DNA of 32,000 nt from Candidatus Heimdallarchaeota archaeon (GCA_030668875.1 DAOVER010000010.1:30001-62000), one strand, 5' to 3'. Shown: positions 9,613 to 18,725, counted from the first letter of the stretch. The notes: generated from the letters alone by a model not told the origin. Numbers and translations: made by a program.

Positions 9613-9954
9613 TAGACAACTGAGCCAATCATAGCGACCTGAAGTTTGACATAGCGCAGGAAGCCGTTTCCTATCCTTAGGCTCCACACCGATTGCCATA
9701 AGCACCACATATCGGTCTTAGAGCTGCTCACTTCCGTGCCTGACTCATTTTGACCTTATCCTTTCTAACGATTTCCTCCGAAATCGCCTCTGAAATATGC
9801 AATCCCATGGGTCGATGCTTCGACGCTTTCCAGATAGAGCGTATCAACCCTTGCTAAGCCTCAGCAACAGCATTCATCCCAGCATATAGAGCATTTCTGG
9901 ATTGTAAGGGCGCCCTAAACCCCCGATTAGTCGTTGCTATCGGCTCAGCCTCTA
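9613..9954 (-). ncRNA. ffs: Signal recognition particle (7S/SRP) RNA
   Basis: Minus strand: helix 8 GAGUCAGGCAC-GGAA-GUGAGCAGCUC (SRP54 site); helix 6 CGAUUUC-GGAG-GAAAUCG; Alu helices 3/4 with loop-loop pairing UAGGGCG/UGCUCUA; terminal helix CUGAGCCGAU/AUUGGCUCAG; upstream TTTAAATT box (9979-9986); downstream T-run; ends +/- about 7 nt. Confidence 0.93.
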
Positions 9955-10139
9955 GTAATAGCAAAAGGATGTGGAACTAATTTAAACATTACTATTTCCG
10001 GTTATTCAGAAACAAACATTATGCAACAAATATATAAGAACTCCTCCAAGACCTCTGGTTAGTCGGTTGTTATCGGCTCAGCCTCTAGTAATAGCAAAAG
10101 GATGTGGAACTAATTCAAACATTACTATTTCTGGTTAGT
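9927..10139. repeat. Direct repeat of about 78 bp (copies ~9927-10004 and ~10059-10137) covering the SRP promoter and SRP 5' end
   Basis: 67-nt core 9938-10004 vs 10071-10137 differs at 2 positions; extends about 11 nt leftward with one indel and one mismatch. Confidence 0.95.
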
Positions 10140-10198
10140 TTTACAACAAATTAATAACCGGCTCAGTAATATTCTTCTTATTAACAATCCTAGAAAAA

Positions 10199-11089
10199 GT
10201 GAAAAAAATGATTGATGATTTTGTAGATGTAGATGGAATAAATATTCACTATCGCGAATATCCTTACGACGGAGAAACAATTGTTTTCCTCCATTTCGGT
10301 TTTTCATCTTTAGCAATGTGGAATGGCGTCATTCCTTTTTTTGAAGGAAAGTATAGGTTAATACTTCCAGATTATCGAGGTCATGGCTTATCTGATAAAC
10401 CTAAGAGTAGTTATCATATTGATAAAATGGCTGATGACATTATAGTATTGATGGAAAAACTCAATGTAGAAAAAGCCCATTTTGTTGGAAGTTCTCTTGG
10501 AGCAGAATTATCGGTAAGCATTGCTGCTAGATATCCTCAGAAGGTTCTCTCATTAGTCATAGAGGGGAGCGCAATGAATAATGCTTATGGTCCTTATGGG
10601 TTGAGTGATCCATCCGAGGAAGAAAAAGAGAAAGAACAAGAAGAAATGATGAAACGCATTCGAGCATCAGAAGTGTATTATGATTCTCCTGAAGAAATGA
10701 TGAAGATTCTTAGAGAAAATTATGAACCGAAAGGGTTCTGGAATGAACAAATAAGAATAATGGCAGAGTATGAGACATATGAGACTCCGGAAGGAAAATA
10801 TTCAGGAACAGTTCCTTTATGGGTAAGTGAAAGTTATCTAAAACAGTATACTAGTTTTAGGTTTGAAGAATATTATAAGTACATAAAAGTATCAGTTCTT
10901 TTCATGCCTGGAGATAAGGAGTGGGAGAATGAACGGCTTCAAAATGCATTAAACCATTTCCGTAGTTATTTAACTGACAGTAAAATAGTTCATGTTAAAG
11001 GAGGCATGCATGCTTATGTTTGGCTATTCTTTCCTGAGGAATGTAGCAAACATGTGTTACAATTCCTAGAAGAAAATATAGAGAACTAA
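10199..11089 (+). CDS. Alpha/beta-fold hydrolase
   Basis: FLHFG, PDYRGHGLSD, nucleophile elbow GSSLG, C-terminal GGMHAY His; ATG at 10208 is an alternative start. Confidence 0.9.
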   Translation: MKKMIDDFVDVDGINIHYREYPYDGETIVFLHFGFSSLAMWNGVIPFFEGKYRLILPDYRGHGLSDKPKSSYHIDKMADDIIVLMEKLNVEKAHFVGSSLGAELSVSIAARYPQKVLSLVIEGSAMNNAYGPYGLSDPSEEEKEKEQEEMMKRIRASEVYYDSPEEMMKILRENYEPKGFWNEQIRIMAEYETYETPEGKYSGTVPLWVSESYLKQYTSFRFEEYYKYIKVSVLFMPGDKEWENERLQNALNHFRSYLTDSKIVHVKGGMHAYVWLFFPEECSKHVLQFLEENIEN

Positions 11090-11258
11090 TTATCATCATT
11101 CCAAGATACTACAACATCATAAGTAGAGTTTATTCAAACAATTAGAAAATTGGAAAAAACTCTTTGCAATACTGAAAAGAATCTAATAATAAAAAATAGA
11201 AATAACTTTACAATTTGGGTTGTAAAGTCTTCTGCAATATCAACTCTAAACTGACAAT

Positions 11259-13094
11259 CTAGAATAAGCCACCTCCTCCACCTCCACCACCCACGGTAGG
11301 TATGCTGTTAATATCATTAGGATCAGAGGGATCATATGTGAAGGGGGGATTAATTTCATAATAATCCGTATAACCATCCCCATCTGTATCCACATTTAGA
11401 GGATTAGTGTAGTAGACATGGTATTCTTGATAGTCTGATAACCCATCACCATCAGTGTCAGCAACATGAGGGTTGGAACATGCGAGGAACTCCTCATAAT
11501 TTAACAGTTGGTCATTGTCAGGGTCACCTAATTTATCTGATGAATCAAGAGGATCAAAAGAGTAAGTTATTTCCCAGCCATCAATCATTGTATCACCATC
11601 AGTATCTATGCACAATGGATCTGTTCCATAGGTATCCACCTCAGAACCATCTGATAACCCATCACCATCAGTATCAGCATCGAAAGGGTCTGTACCTAAC
11701 TGAAGCTCCTCCATATCATACAAACCATCACTATCAGTATCAGTAGGAGTTGTTATGTTAGCTTCTTCTACTGCACTCCATGCGTTTATCTGACCATATC
11801 CATACTTATTATCATGACCTGAATCACCTAAATCTTCTACTGTTGCTATTAAAATGTCTCTAACGTCATCTGGTGTAAACCAAGGATTCGCACTAAGTAT
11901 TAGTGCACAAGTTCCTGCAACCATGGGAGCTGCCATAGAAGTACCAGTTCCTTCATAATAAGTGTTTGAAGGATAGGTACTTAAAATAAGTGTACCTGGA
12001 GCACTAACGTCCAAACTACTTCCTGTACAACTTGAGCTATGTCGAGTCACAGAAGTAGGATCAGTAGAAGAAGGTTCAGGTTCTAGATTGGCAACTGCAA
12101 TAGATTTATCATACTTTGCAGGAGCACATACCCACCAATAGTAAAAAAGATCAAGATACCAGCCTTTATTACCTGCAGCAGCAACCACAATAACCCCTGC
12201 ATCCCAAGCTCTGTTTGTAGCTTCTTTAAGAGCGGTGGTCCCAAATGGACCTCCAAGACTTAAATTTATGATATCCATATCATTTTCAATAGCCCAATCA
12301 ATTCCTGCAATGATGTTGGAAAAACTACCTTTTCCAGAACTATCCAGAACTTTAATACCATATAAAGAAACTTTTGGCGCAACACCAATAATACCTGGAA
12401 CGTCATTATCTTCAGCTCCTACAATTCCTGCAACATGAGTTCCATGCCCTTCATCATCATATGGATTATTGTCATTATTTACATAATCTATTCCTGTTAC
12501 ATAGTTATCATCAAGATCTGGATGGGTGTAATCTATTCCTGAATCTATAATACCCACTTTGATATTTTCTCCAGCATAATTTCCAAGAACTACATCTGTT
12601 GCGTCTTCTTCACCGCCCCAAACTCTCTCTGCATCTATCCAATCTACTCCCCACGAGAGTTGATCATTTTCGGTAGGTTCAACATAATCTGTAATATTAT
12701 CATTAATAATAATCTCATCTTCACTGCATAATTGCACATAGCTATCTTCATCTATGACACTTACAAACCAGGCTGATTCTAGGTAAGCATATAACCCACT
12801 TGGAAACTTCCCAGCTAGACCATTTAAACTACTATAAATTCTCGTGATTTCCAAGTCTTTGATATCTACTAATACCTCTTTATTAAAAAGTACTACAGCG
12901 TCAATATATTGATCATCTTTAGTGATATAATCTTTCGCAGATAGTTCAACCGTACAACAAGGGTTTTTATTAGTCTCATCTAGAGCAAAAATAGACATTT
13001 TACTCTTATTCATATAGGCACTACTCATATTTCCAGTAATTGAAAATATAAACATAAATACTAAACTATAAACTACAACTTCCCTTATTTTCAT
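11259..13094 (-). CDS. Secreted subtilisin-like S8 serine protease with C-terminal DxDxDG (TSP3-like) Ca-binding repeats
   Basis: Signal-peptide-like N-terminus, propeptide, triad IDSGID / HGTHVAG / GTSMAAP, oxyanion AAAGN, six D(T/P)DxD repeats, terminal G8-LF. Confidence 0.92.
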   Translation of the reverse strand: MKIREVVVYSLVFMFIFSITGNMSSAYMNKSKMSIFALDETNKNPCCTVELSAKDYITKDDQYIDAVVLFNKEVLVDIKDLEITRIYSSLNGLAGKFPSGLYAYLESAWFVSVIDEDSYVQLCSEDEIIINDNITDYVEPTENDQLSWGVDWIDAERVWGGEEDATDVVLGNYAGENIKVGIIDSGIDYTHPDLDDNYVTGIDYVNNDNNPYDDEGHGTHVAGIVGAEDNDVPGIIGVAPKVSLYGIKVLDSSGKGSFSNIIAGIDWAIENDMDIINLSLGGPFGTTALKEATNRAWDAGVIVVAAAGNKGWYLDLFYYWWVCAPAKYDKSIAVANLEPEPSSTDPTSVTRHSSSCTGSSLDVSAPGTLILSTYPSNTYYEGTGTSMAAPMVAGTCALILSANPWFTPDDVRDILIATVEDLGDSGHDNKYGYGQINAWSAVEEANITTPTDTDSDGLYDMEELQLGTDPFDADTDGDGLSDGSEVDTYGTDPLCIDTDGDTMIDGWEITYSFDPLDSSDKLGDPDNDQLLNYEEFLACSNPHVADTDGDGLSDYQEYHVYYTNPLNVDTDGDGYTDYYEINPPFTYDPSDPNDINSIPTVGGGGGGGGLF

Positions 13095-13303
13095 AGTAAA
13101 CTAAATAAAAAAAAATAGATATAAAAGCATTTGGTAAACATAATCGTTCTTATAAAAATTAGACAAATATTTACTAATTGCTAGTGAAAATATTATTATA
13201 ATCAGAAAGTTTCATAATACTTGAAAACATTTTAGTAAACTCTGCTAAGAAAGAAAACACTTAACACATGAGAACCTATAAAGAGTTGAAGGAGTAGAAG
13301 AGT

Positions 13304-15007
13304 GTGGAGCAAAAGAAGTTAAGATCAATTATTATCTTTATGATGATTTTAGTGTGTATAACCTATAAACATTCTTTAATGCCAAGTGTAAAAACCTCTC
13401 CTTCAACAATAAAAACAGTCATAACCAACCCTACTTTAGAATGGTCTTTCCCAGCAGCTGACAGTATTCGTTCATGTCCAGCTGTAGCAGATCTTGATGG
13501 TGATGGGTTTTTAGATGTTCTAGTTACCTCTCGGGATAGAAATCTCTACTGTATCAATTATGAAGGTGAGGTGAATTGGGTTTACACAACTGGGTCGAAC
13601 ATTGTGTCCTCACCTGCAATAGCAGACCTTGACAATGATGGTACTCTTGAAATACTTGTTGGATCCTATGATAATATGCTCCATTGTGTCAGTCATGAAG
13701 GAGAGGTGGAATGGACATATAATACTAAAAGAAATATTTATTCTTCCCCAACTATTGCAGACATAGACAGAGATGGTGTACTTGAAATCCTTATAGGTTC
13801 AGAGGATTACAACCTATACTGCATCGATAATCAAGGAAGACAAAAATGGAACTATACCACTAGTAGCGCGATTTTTTCTACTCCATGTGTAGCTGATTTG
13901 GATAAAGATGGATATCTAGAAATATTAGTAGGATCATGGGATGGTTATCTCCATTGTGTTAATGCCACAGGAGAAAGAAAATGGAGATTTTTTGCTAAAG
14001 GAGTAGTTACTTCCTCTGCTGCAGTAGCCGATCTAGATCATGATGGGTGGTTAGAAATAGTGTTTGGGTCATGGGATAACAATTTATATTGCCTAAACAA
14101 CTTAGGTGCACTTAAATGGAATTATACTATAATCAATTATGTTGCATCCTCCCCAGGATTAGGCGATCTTGACAATGATGGTTACCTAGAAATAGTATTT
14201 GGATCAGGGTCTGAAGACCAGAGTATATACTGTATAGATTATGATGGTAGTTTTGCATGGAAATTTACTACAAGAAATGGAATTCGTTCTTCCCCAGCAT
14301 TAATAGATTTTGATAGTGATAGTTTACTAGAAGTCCTAATTGGTTCTTATGATAATGATCTTTACCTTATTAATCATTATGGACAAGTAGAATGGCAATA
14401 TACAACAGATGATTATATCGCATCATCGCCTTATGTGACAGACTTAGATGGGGACAATATTCTTGAAGTGCTTATAGGATCAGATGATAACAACTTATAT
14501 TGTTTCTCTTTAAAGCCCCTAAATTCAAGAATAAGTATACAAGGCAGTGCTGCTCCATGGCCTTGTTTTATGGGGTCTGCTTACCATACTGGTTGGATGG
14601 ACTCTGATGGTGACTATCTTGACGATTTAACAGAAGAATTTTACCAAACTAACCATACTAATGATGACACCGATGGAGACGGTTTTGTTGATGGTTGGGA
14701 AGTCCAAGTGGGGCTTAATCCACTCATTGATGACGCTCACGAGGACAAAGATGGTGATGGGTTAACCAATTATGAAGAAGCTAAGGTTTACCACACCTCG
14801 CTTTTCACTGCAGATACAGACAAAGATGGTTTATTAGATGGATGGGAAATAGAAAACGGTCATGATCCGTTAAAATGGGATAATTGGGCCAAGCTCTTTG
14901 GATTATATCTACTCCCTCTGTGGTTAGCTGTTCCTGTTCTTGCATATGTTCTTACCTATAAACATCTTCCATCAAAATATCAAATGTTCAAGAAAAAAAC
15001 TAAATAA
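13304..15007 (+). CDS. Membrane-anchored FG-GAP-like beta-propeller surface protein with TSP3-like repeats
   Basis: Eight ~45-aa repeats SSPxxADLDxDGxLE(I/V)LxGSxDxxLYCxxxxGxxxW; four DxDxD stalk repeats; C-terminal TM helix plus KKKTK; N-terminal hydrophobic signal. Confidence 0.85.
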   Translation: MEQKKLRSIIIFMMILVCITYKHSLMPSVKTSPSTIKTVITNPTLEWSFPAADSIRSCPAVADLDGDGFLDVLVTSRDRNLYCINYEGEVNWVYTTGSNIVSSPAIADLDNDGTLEILVGSYDNMLHCVSHEGEVEWTYNTKRNIYSSPTIADIDRDGVLEILIGSEDYNLYCIDNQGRQKWNYTTSSAIFSTPCVADLDKDGYLEILVGSWDGYLHCVNATGERKWRFFAKGVVTSSAAVADLDHDGWLEIVFGSWDNNLYCLNNLGALKWNYTIINYVASSPGLGDLDNDGYLEIVFGSGSEDQSIYCIDYDGSFAWKFTTRNGIRSSPALIDFDSDSLLEVLIGSYDNDLYLINHYGQVEWQYTTDDYIASSPYVTDLDGDNILEVLIGSDDNNLYCFSLKPLNSRISIQGSAAPWPCFMGSAYHTGWMDSDGDYLDDLTEEFYQTNHTNDDTDGDGFVDGWEVQVGLNPLIDDAHEDKDGDGLTNYEEAKVYHTSLFTADTDKDGLLDGWEIENGHDPLKWDNWAKLFGLYLLPLWLAVPVLAYVLTYKHLPSKYQMFKKKTK

Positions 15008-15092
15008 CAACTTTCTAATATCACATCTAGCATACATCTTCTTTTATTTACAAAAGAAGTACTTATCAACTCCTTTACGTGGCATTATCTTA

Positions 15093-15638
15093 ATGTCAGA
15101 ATCTACAAAAGACAAAGGGTTTACCCAAGAGTTCATTCAAAAGATAGATGATTTTCTTAGTGGCGCAAACAAACTTGCTATTCTTGGAATCGGTAATGAA
15201 GATAATGGAGACGATGCTGTAGGACTATATGTTTTAATGAGTCTTCAACTAGCAAACCTTCCTGATTGGGTAACAAATTTTTATTGTGAACGAGTGCCTG
15301 AACATTTTCTTGGAAAGATAGCCAAACTAAGCCCTAACAGGATATTGTTATTAGATGCCGCTGATATGAAAGAGATACCGGGAGCTATCGCAATCTTTTC
15401 AAAAGAACTTATTTCGAAAGGTTTTCACATGTCAACCCATAATCTATCTTTAACAATGCTAGAAGAATTTCTTAAACCAGACGTACCAGATTTGGTAACG
15501 CTATATATAGGAATCCAACCAAAAAATATGCACTTTCAAACACCCTTATCAGATGAATGTAGTAAGGCAGCAGATGAATTTGCAGATTTACTTATTGAAA
15601 GAATTGATTTAGTAGATAAGACTCGAAAAACTAATTGA
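15093..15638 (+). CDS. hycI: Hydrogenase maturation endopeptidase (HycI-like, peptidase A31)
   Basis: LGIGNEDNGDDAVG, LLDAADM, STHNLSL, YIGIQP; ATG at 15093 preferred over the ORF-track start 14940, which overlaps the upstream gene. Confidence 0.88.
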   Translation: MSESTKDKGFTQEFIQKIDDFLSGANKLAILGIGNEDNGDDAVGLYVLMSLQLANLPDWVTNFYCERVPEHFLGKIAKLSPNRILLLDAADMKEIPGAIAIFSKELISKGFHMSTHNLSLTMLEEFLKPDVPDLVTLYIGIQPKNMHFQTPLSDECSKAADEFADLLIERIDLVDKTRKTN

Positions 15639-15875
15639 GACTGCACTCAACAACTTGTTACTAAGAAATATACTGTTAAGCTTGGTCCTGCTGGTTCTTA
15701 TTACCTTGCTATTCTTCATACTAATCCCTCTACATTTGTTCAACTTGATATTGTTGTTACTTTTCTTGGAACTACTAATATTGGTTTGATAATTGGGATA
15801 GCAATCGGTTCTGTAGCTGTTTTAGCTGGTTCTAGTGTAGGTATTTGGTTCTATCTGAAAAGAAAGAAAGCATGA
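15639..15875 (+). pseudogene. Start-less 78-codon frame encoding the C-terminus of a membrane-anchored surface protein, in frame with the hycI stop
   Basis: DCTQQLVTKKYTVKLGPAGSYYLAILH...IGLIIGIAIGSVAVLAGSSVGIWFYLKRKKA*; 49/78 codons end in T; no in-frame ATG or GTG. Confidence 0.7.
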
Positions 15876-15892
15876 GAACCCTTCATAAAATC

Positions 15893-17290
15893 CTACTCTT
15901 TCATTTTCTCCCATAATGTTTTTTCTACTTCTTCTTTTTCTTCTTCTGAAAACAGTTTAGTTCTATTTACTTGTTCGATAACTAAATGTAATACGTTTTC
16001 TTTCACTTTACTATCATTTTTTCCAGTTAATTTGACGAAATATTCAGTAAATTTTTCAATATTATCTGAATGGTATTTAATTAGTATTTTTACTATTTCT
16101 TCTATTATCTTGGTTTCAGTTAACTTATTTGGATCTAATTCATTCAATTTTTCAACTATCATCCTACCTTTTACTATAGACTTTCTTGCTTCTTCATTCC
16201 AATCTTCCCTCTGCATTAATTGTGATAATAATCTTAGTGCTATCTCAATTCCTACAATATAACCTTTTGATACTTCTGGGTAGAAGGCTACTTCATGTGT
16301 TGAATCATGGAGGAAAGTGAATATTCTATCAGCAAATTCAAAAACTGATATCGTTTTTATCTCTCTCTCAAATTGTATTATTAATTCTGACACTCTTTCT
16401 AAAAGACCGTTTGCGTTTTTATAATCTCCATCAAACCAAAACTTAGACACTGCTGAAATATTCTCTAAGATTGAATTTACATACAAATGTTCGAATTCTT
16501 CTTCTATTTCACCGTTTTTTCTGTAAATCTCCCCCAACCTATACATCAAACCCGCTCTAACAGAAATTACTCCTGCAAGTTTCTCTCTCTCTAATTCATA
16601 ATTTATCAGCAATGTATAGATTAGGATCCAATTTTTGTAAATATGTTTTTGAGCTTCTTCATCTGCAGGTATTTCAGCGAGACTTCTATAATATCTGTCT
16701 GTTGTTTTTAGTATTACTTTTATCGCATTTCTAATCTGTTCATCCTGCTCTATTCTTTTTTCTCCTACATAAGCTATTATTGATTCAACCAAATTTACAT
16801 ACTTTCCTGCTATAAGAGGAGTGTTCATCGCAACCTCAAAATATTTTTTTGCTATATCTTCCAATTTTGTTGTCATGTTTTCTATTTTCTTAATTTGAAA
16901 GAATTTTTGAAGTTCATCTGGACAATTTTCAGATAATAATAATTTTACTGTTGGGTAAGAATTCAGTTTTTCTAATATTGTTTTTTTGAAAAAACTTATT
17001 TCAATCTGATAAGATTTCTTGTTAATTGATTCAATGAAATTATTCTTTTCTTCTTCATAAAAATGGCTCATAACTACTTCAACAAGAACTGAATGAGTGA
17101 ACTTAGCTCCACACACAAAACATTTCTCATCCTCATTTTTAACTGGTTCTTTACAAGAAGGACATAATGTCTCATATACAACATTTATTACTCCACATTT
17201 CTTACAGTACTGGCTATCATAATAATTCGTTTCCCCACAATTGAAACATTTGCACACTTTGTACATTTTCTCTTCTTCTTGTTTGTCCAT
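15893..17290 (-). CDS. Hypothetical protein with N-terminal double zinc ribbon and helical C-terminal region
   Basis: CFNC...CKKC...CPSC...CFVC; remainder looks all-alpha. Confidence 0.7.
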   Translation of the reverse strand: MDKQEEEKMYKVCKCFNCGETNYYDSQYCKKCGVINVVYETLCPSCKEPVKNEDEKCFVCGAKFTHSVLVEVVMSHFYEEEKNNFIESINKKSYQIEISFFKKTILEKLNSYPTVKLLLSENCPDELQKFFQIKKIENMTTKLEDIAKKYFEVAMNTPLIAGKYVNLVESIIAYVGEKRIEQDEQIRNAIKVILKTTDRYYRSLAEIPADEEAQKHIYKNWILIYTLLINYELEREKLAGVISVRAGLMYRLGEIYRKNGEIEEEFEHLYVNSILENISAVSKFWFDGDYKNANGLLERVSELIIQFEREIKTISVFEFADRIFTFLHDSTHEVAFYPEVSKGYIVGIEIALRLLSQLMQREDWNEEARKSIVKGRMIVEKLNELDPNKLTETKIIEEIVKILIKYHSDNIEKFTEYFVKLTGKNDSKVKENVLHLVIEQVNRTKLFSEEEKEEVEKTLWEKMKE

Positions 17291-17571
17291 CAGTAAGACC
17301 CCAGTTCTCTGGTAGTAATTACTGTCTGTTCATTTAAGCCTTGTGTGGCAAAACACTCTGTAGGTCAGTGAAAGTTAAAGAATTTTTAGGAATTAGTCCT
17401 TTTTCCTTTTAGGTAACTATTATTTAATCCCTTCCTACTTCTTTCTTGGGACTAGTCATTAGCTCTTTACTTACCCAAGTAAAAATTAGGTACTAGCTCC
17501 ACTATTAAAATATATAATGCATTATCGAACAATTTAATAAAAGATAATTATCAACTGTTTTTGACTTTAAA

Positions 17572-18672
17572 ATGGAAATTGAGGATCAATATCGGGACAC
17601 GATAGCTGTTAATACATTACTTGGGAAAATAAACAACCTTGCAAGTAGTAAAAAGGGTATGATTCGAATACAGCACATTTGTGGAACACATGAATATGCG
17701 ATTGTAAAAAATGGTCTTCGTTCATTATTACCAAAAAACATAGAAATTCAAGCAGGTGTTGGTTGCCCTGTCTGTGTTTGTTCGGCACAAGATATCGATG
17801 AAGTTCTTTGGATAGCTGATAATCATAATGTTACTATCACTACCTTCGGTGATATGATGCGAGTTCCCTCTTCCACTGAATCTTTATATCAAACACAAGG
17901 AAGAGGAGTCAATATCCAAATTGTTTATGGTATTAGTGATGCTATAAAACTAGCAGAAAAGAATCCTGAAACGGAATTTGTTTTCTTCAGTGTTGGTTTT
18001 GAAACTACCTCCTGCGTTACAGCTGCTGAAGTTGTAAGAACTAATTTACCTAATTTCAGTATTTATTCTTCTCACAAAGTTGTTCCACCTGCTATGGAAT
18101 TACTATTACAAAGAGATGATTTAGAATTTGATGGCTTCCTAGCTCCTGGACATGTATCAACGATTATAGGTGCTAAACCCTATGAGTTCATTCCTGAGAA
18201 ATACAATTTCCCCGTATCTATTGCTGGTTTTGAACCAGTTGATATTCTACTTGGAATTTATTCTGTGCTAGAACAGATCATAGATGGAACAGCCAGAGTT
18301 GATAACATGTATAAACGATACGTTAAGTATGAAGGTAATTCCGCAGCTTTACGAATTGTTAAGGATGCCTTCGTTTTATCCGACGCTCGATGGAGAGGAT
18401 TGGGAGTTTGGCCAGAAACAGGTCACGAGATAAACGATAAATATGCACACATAGATGCTAAAAAGAAATTTGATATCCCTAATCTACCAGCTGAAGATCT
18501 TCGTGACGGTTGTATTTGTGATGAAATCTTAATAGGAAAATCCAAACCTCAAAAATGTAAACTATTCAACAAATCTTGTAGACCTGATTATCCTATTGGG
18601 GCTTGTATGGTCAGTCACGAAGGTACCTGCAATGTCGCTGCAACCTATGAAGAGATAATTTGGGAAGATTAA
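17572..18672 (+). CDS. hypD: Hydrogenase maturation protein HypD
   Basis: CGTHE, GxGCPVC, FGDMMRVP, GFETT, APGHVS, GFEP, C-terminal GCICDEIL...C...C...GACMVSHEGTC. Confidence 0.95.
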   Translation: MEIEDQYRDTIAVNTLLGKINNLASSKKGMIRIQHICGTHEYAIVKNGLRSLLPKNIEIQAGVGCPVCVCSAQDIDEVLWIADNHNVTITTFGDMMRVPSSTESLYQTQGRGVNIQIVYGISDAIKLAEKNPETEFVFFSVGFETTSCVTAAEVVRTNLPNFSIYSSHKVVPPAMELLLQRDDLEFDGFLAPGHVSTIIGAKPYEFIPEKYNFPVSIAGFEPVDILLGIYSVLEQIIDGTARVDNMYKRYVKYEGNSAALRIVKDAFVLSDARWRGLGVWPETGHEINDKYAHIDAKKKFDIPNLPAEDLRDGCICDEILIGKSKPQKCKLFNKSCRPDYPIGACMVSHEGTCNVAATYEEIIWED

Positions 18673-18725
18673 ATTGTTAGATAAAAAGAGTTAATTAGTC
18701 AAAAATAGAAAAAGATTTGAGAGCT

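Noticed and set aside
9613-9954. RNase P RNA or tRNA interpretation of the structured region
   Set aside because: No GAGGAAAGUCC-type P4 motifs or cloverleaf; the SRP helix 6, helix 8 and Alu pseudoknot fit instead
9927-10139. Repeat-spacer-repeat pattern as a mini CRISPR array
   Set aside because: The repeats are about 78 bp, only two copies, overlap the SRP gene and promoter, and no cas genes are in the window
10125-10316. 63-aa minus-strand ORF and the 13-aa MQQIYKNSSKTSG frame in the repeat spacer
   Set aside because: The first is antisense to the hydrolase start; the second is too short; neither has motifs or other support
14940-15092. N-terminal extension of HycI in the ORF track
   Set aside because: Overlaps the propeller gene's 3' end and an AT-rich spacer; family similarity begins after ATG 15093
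15636-15638. Selenocysteine at the hycI UGA
   Set aside because: No redox or metal-binding context and no SECIS-like element recognised; kept only as an unlikely option in the related finding
17290-17364. Short frame ending in a TGATG overlap with the zinc-ribbon gene start
   Set aside because: Only 24 sense codons and no start codon before the upstream stop
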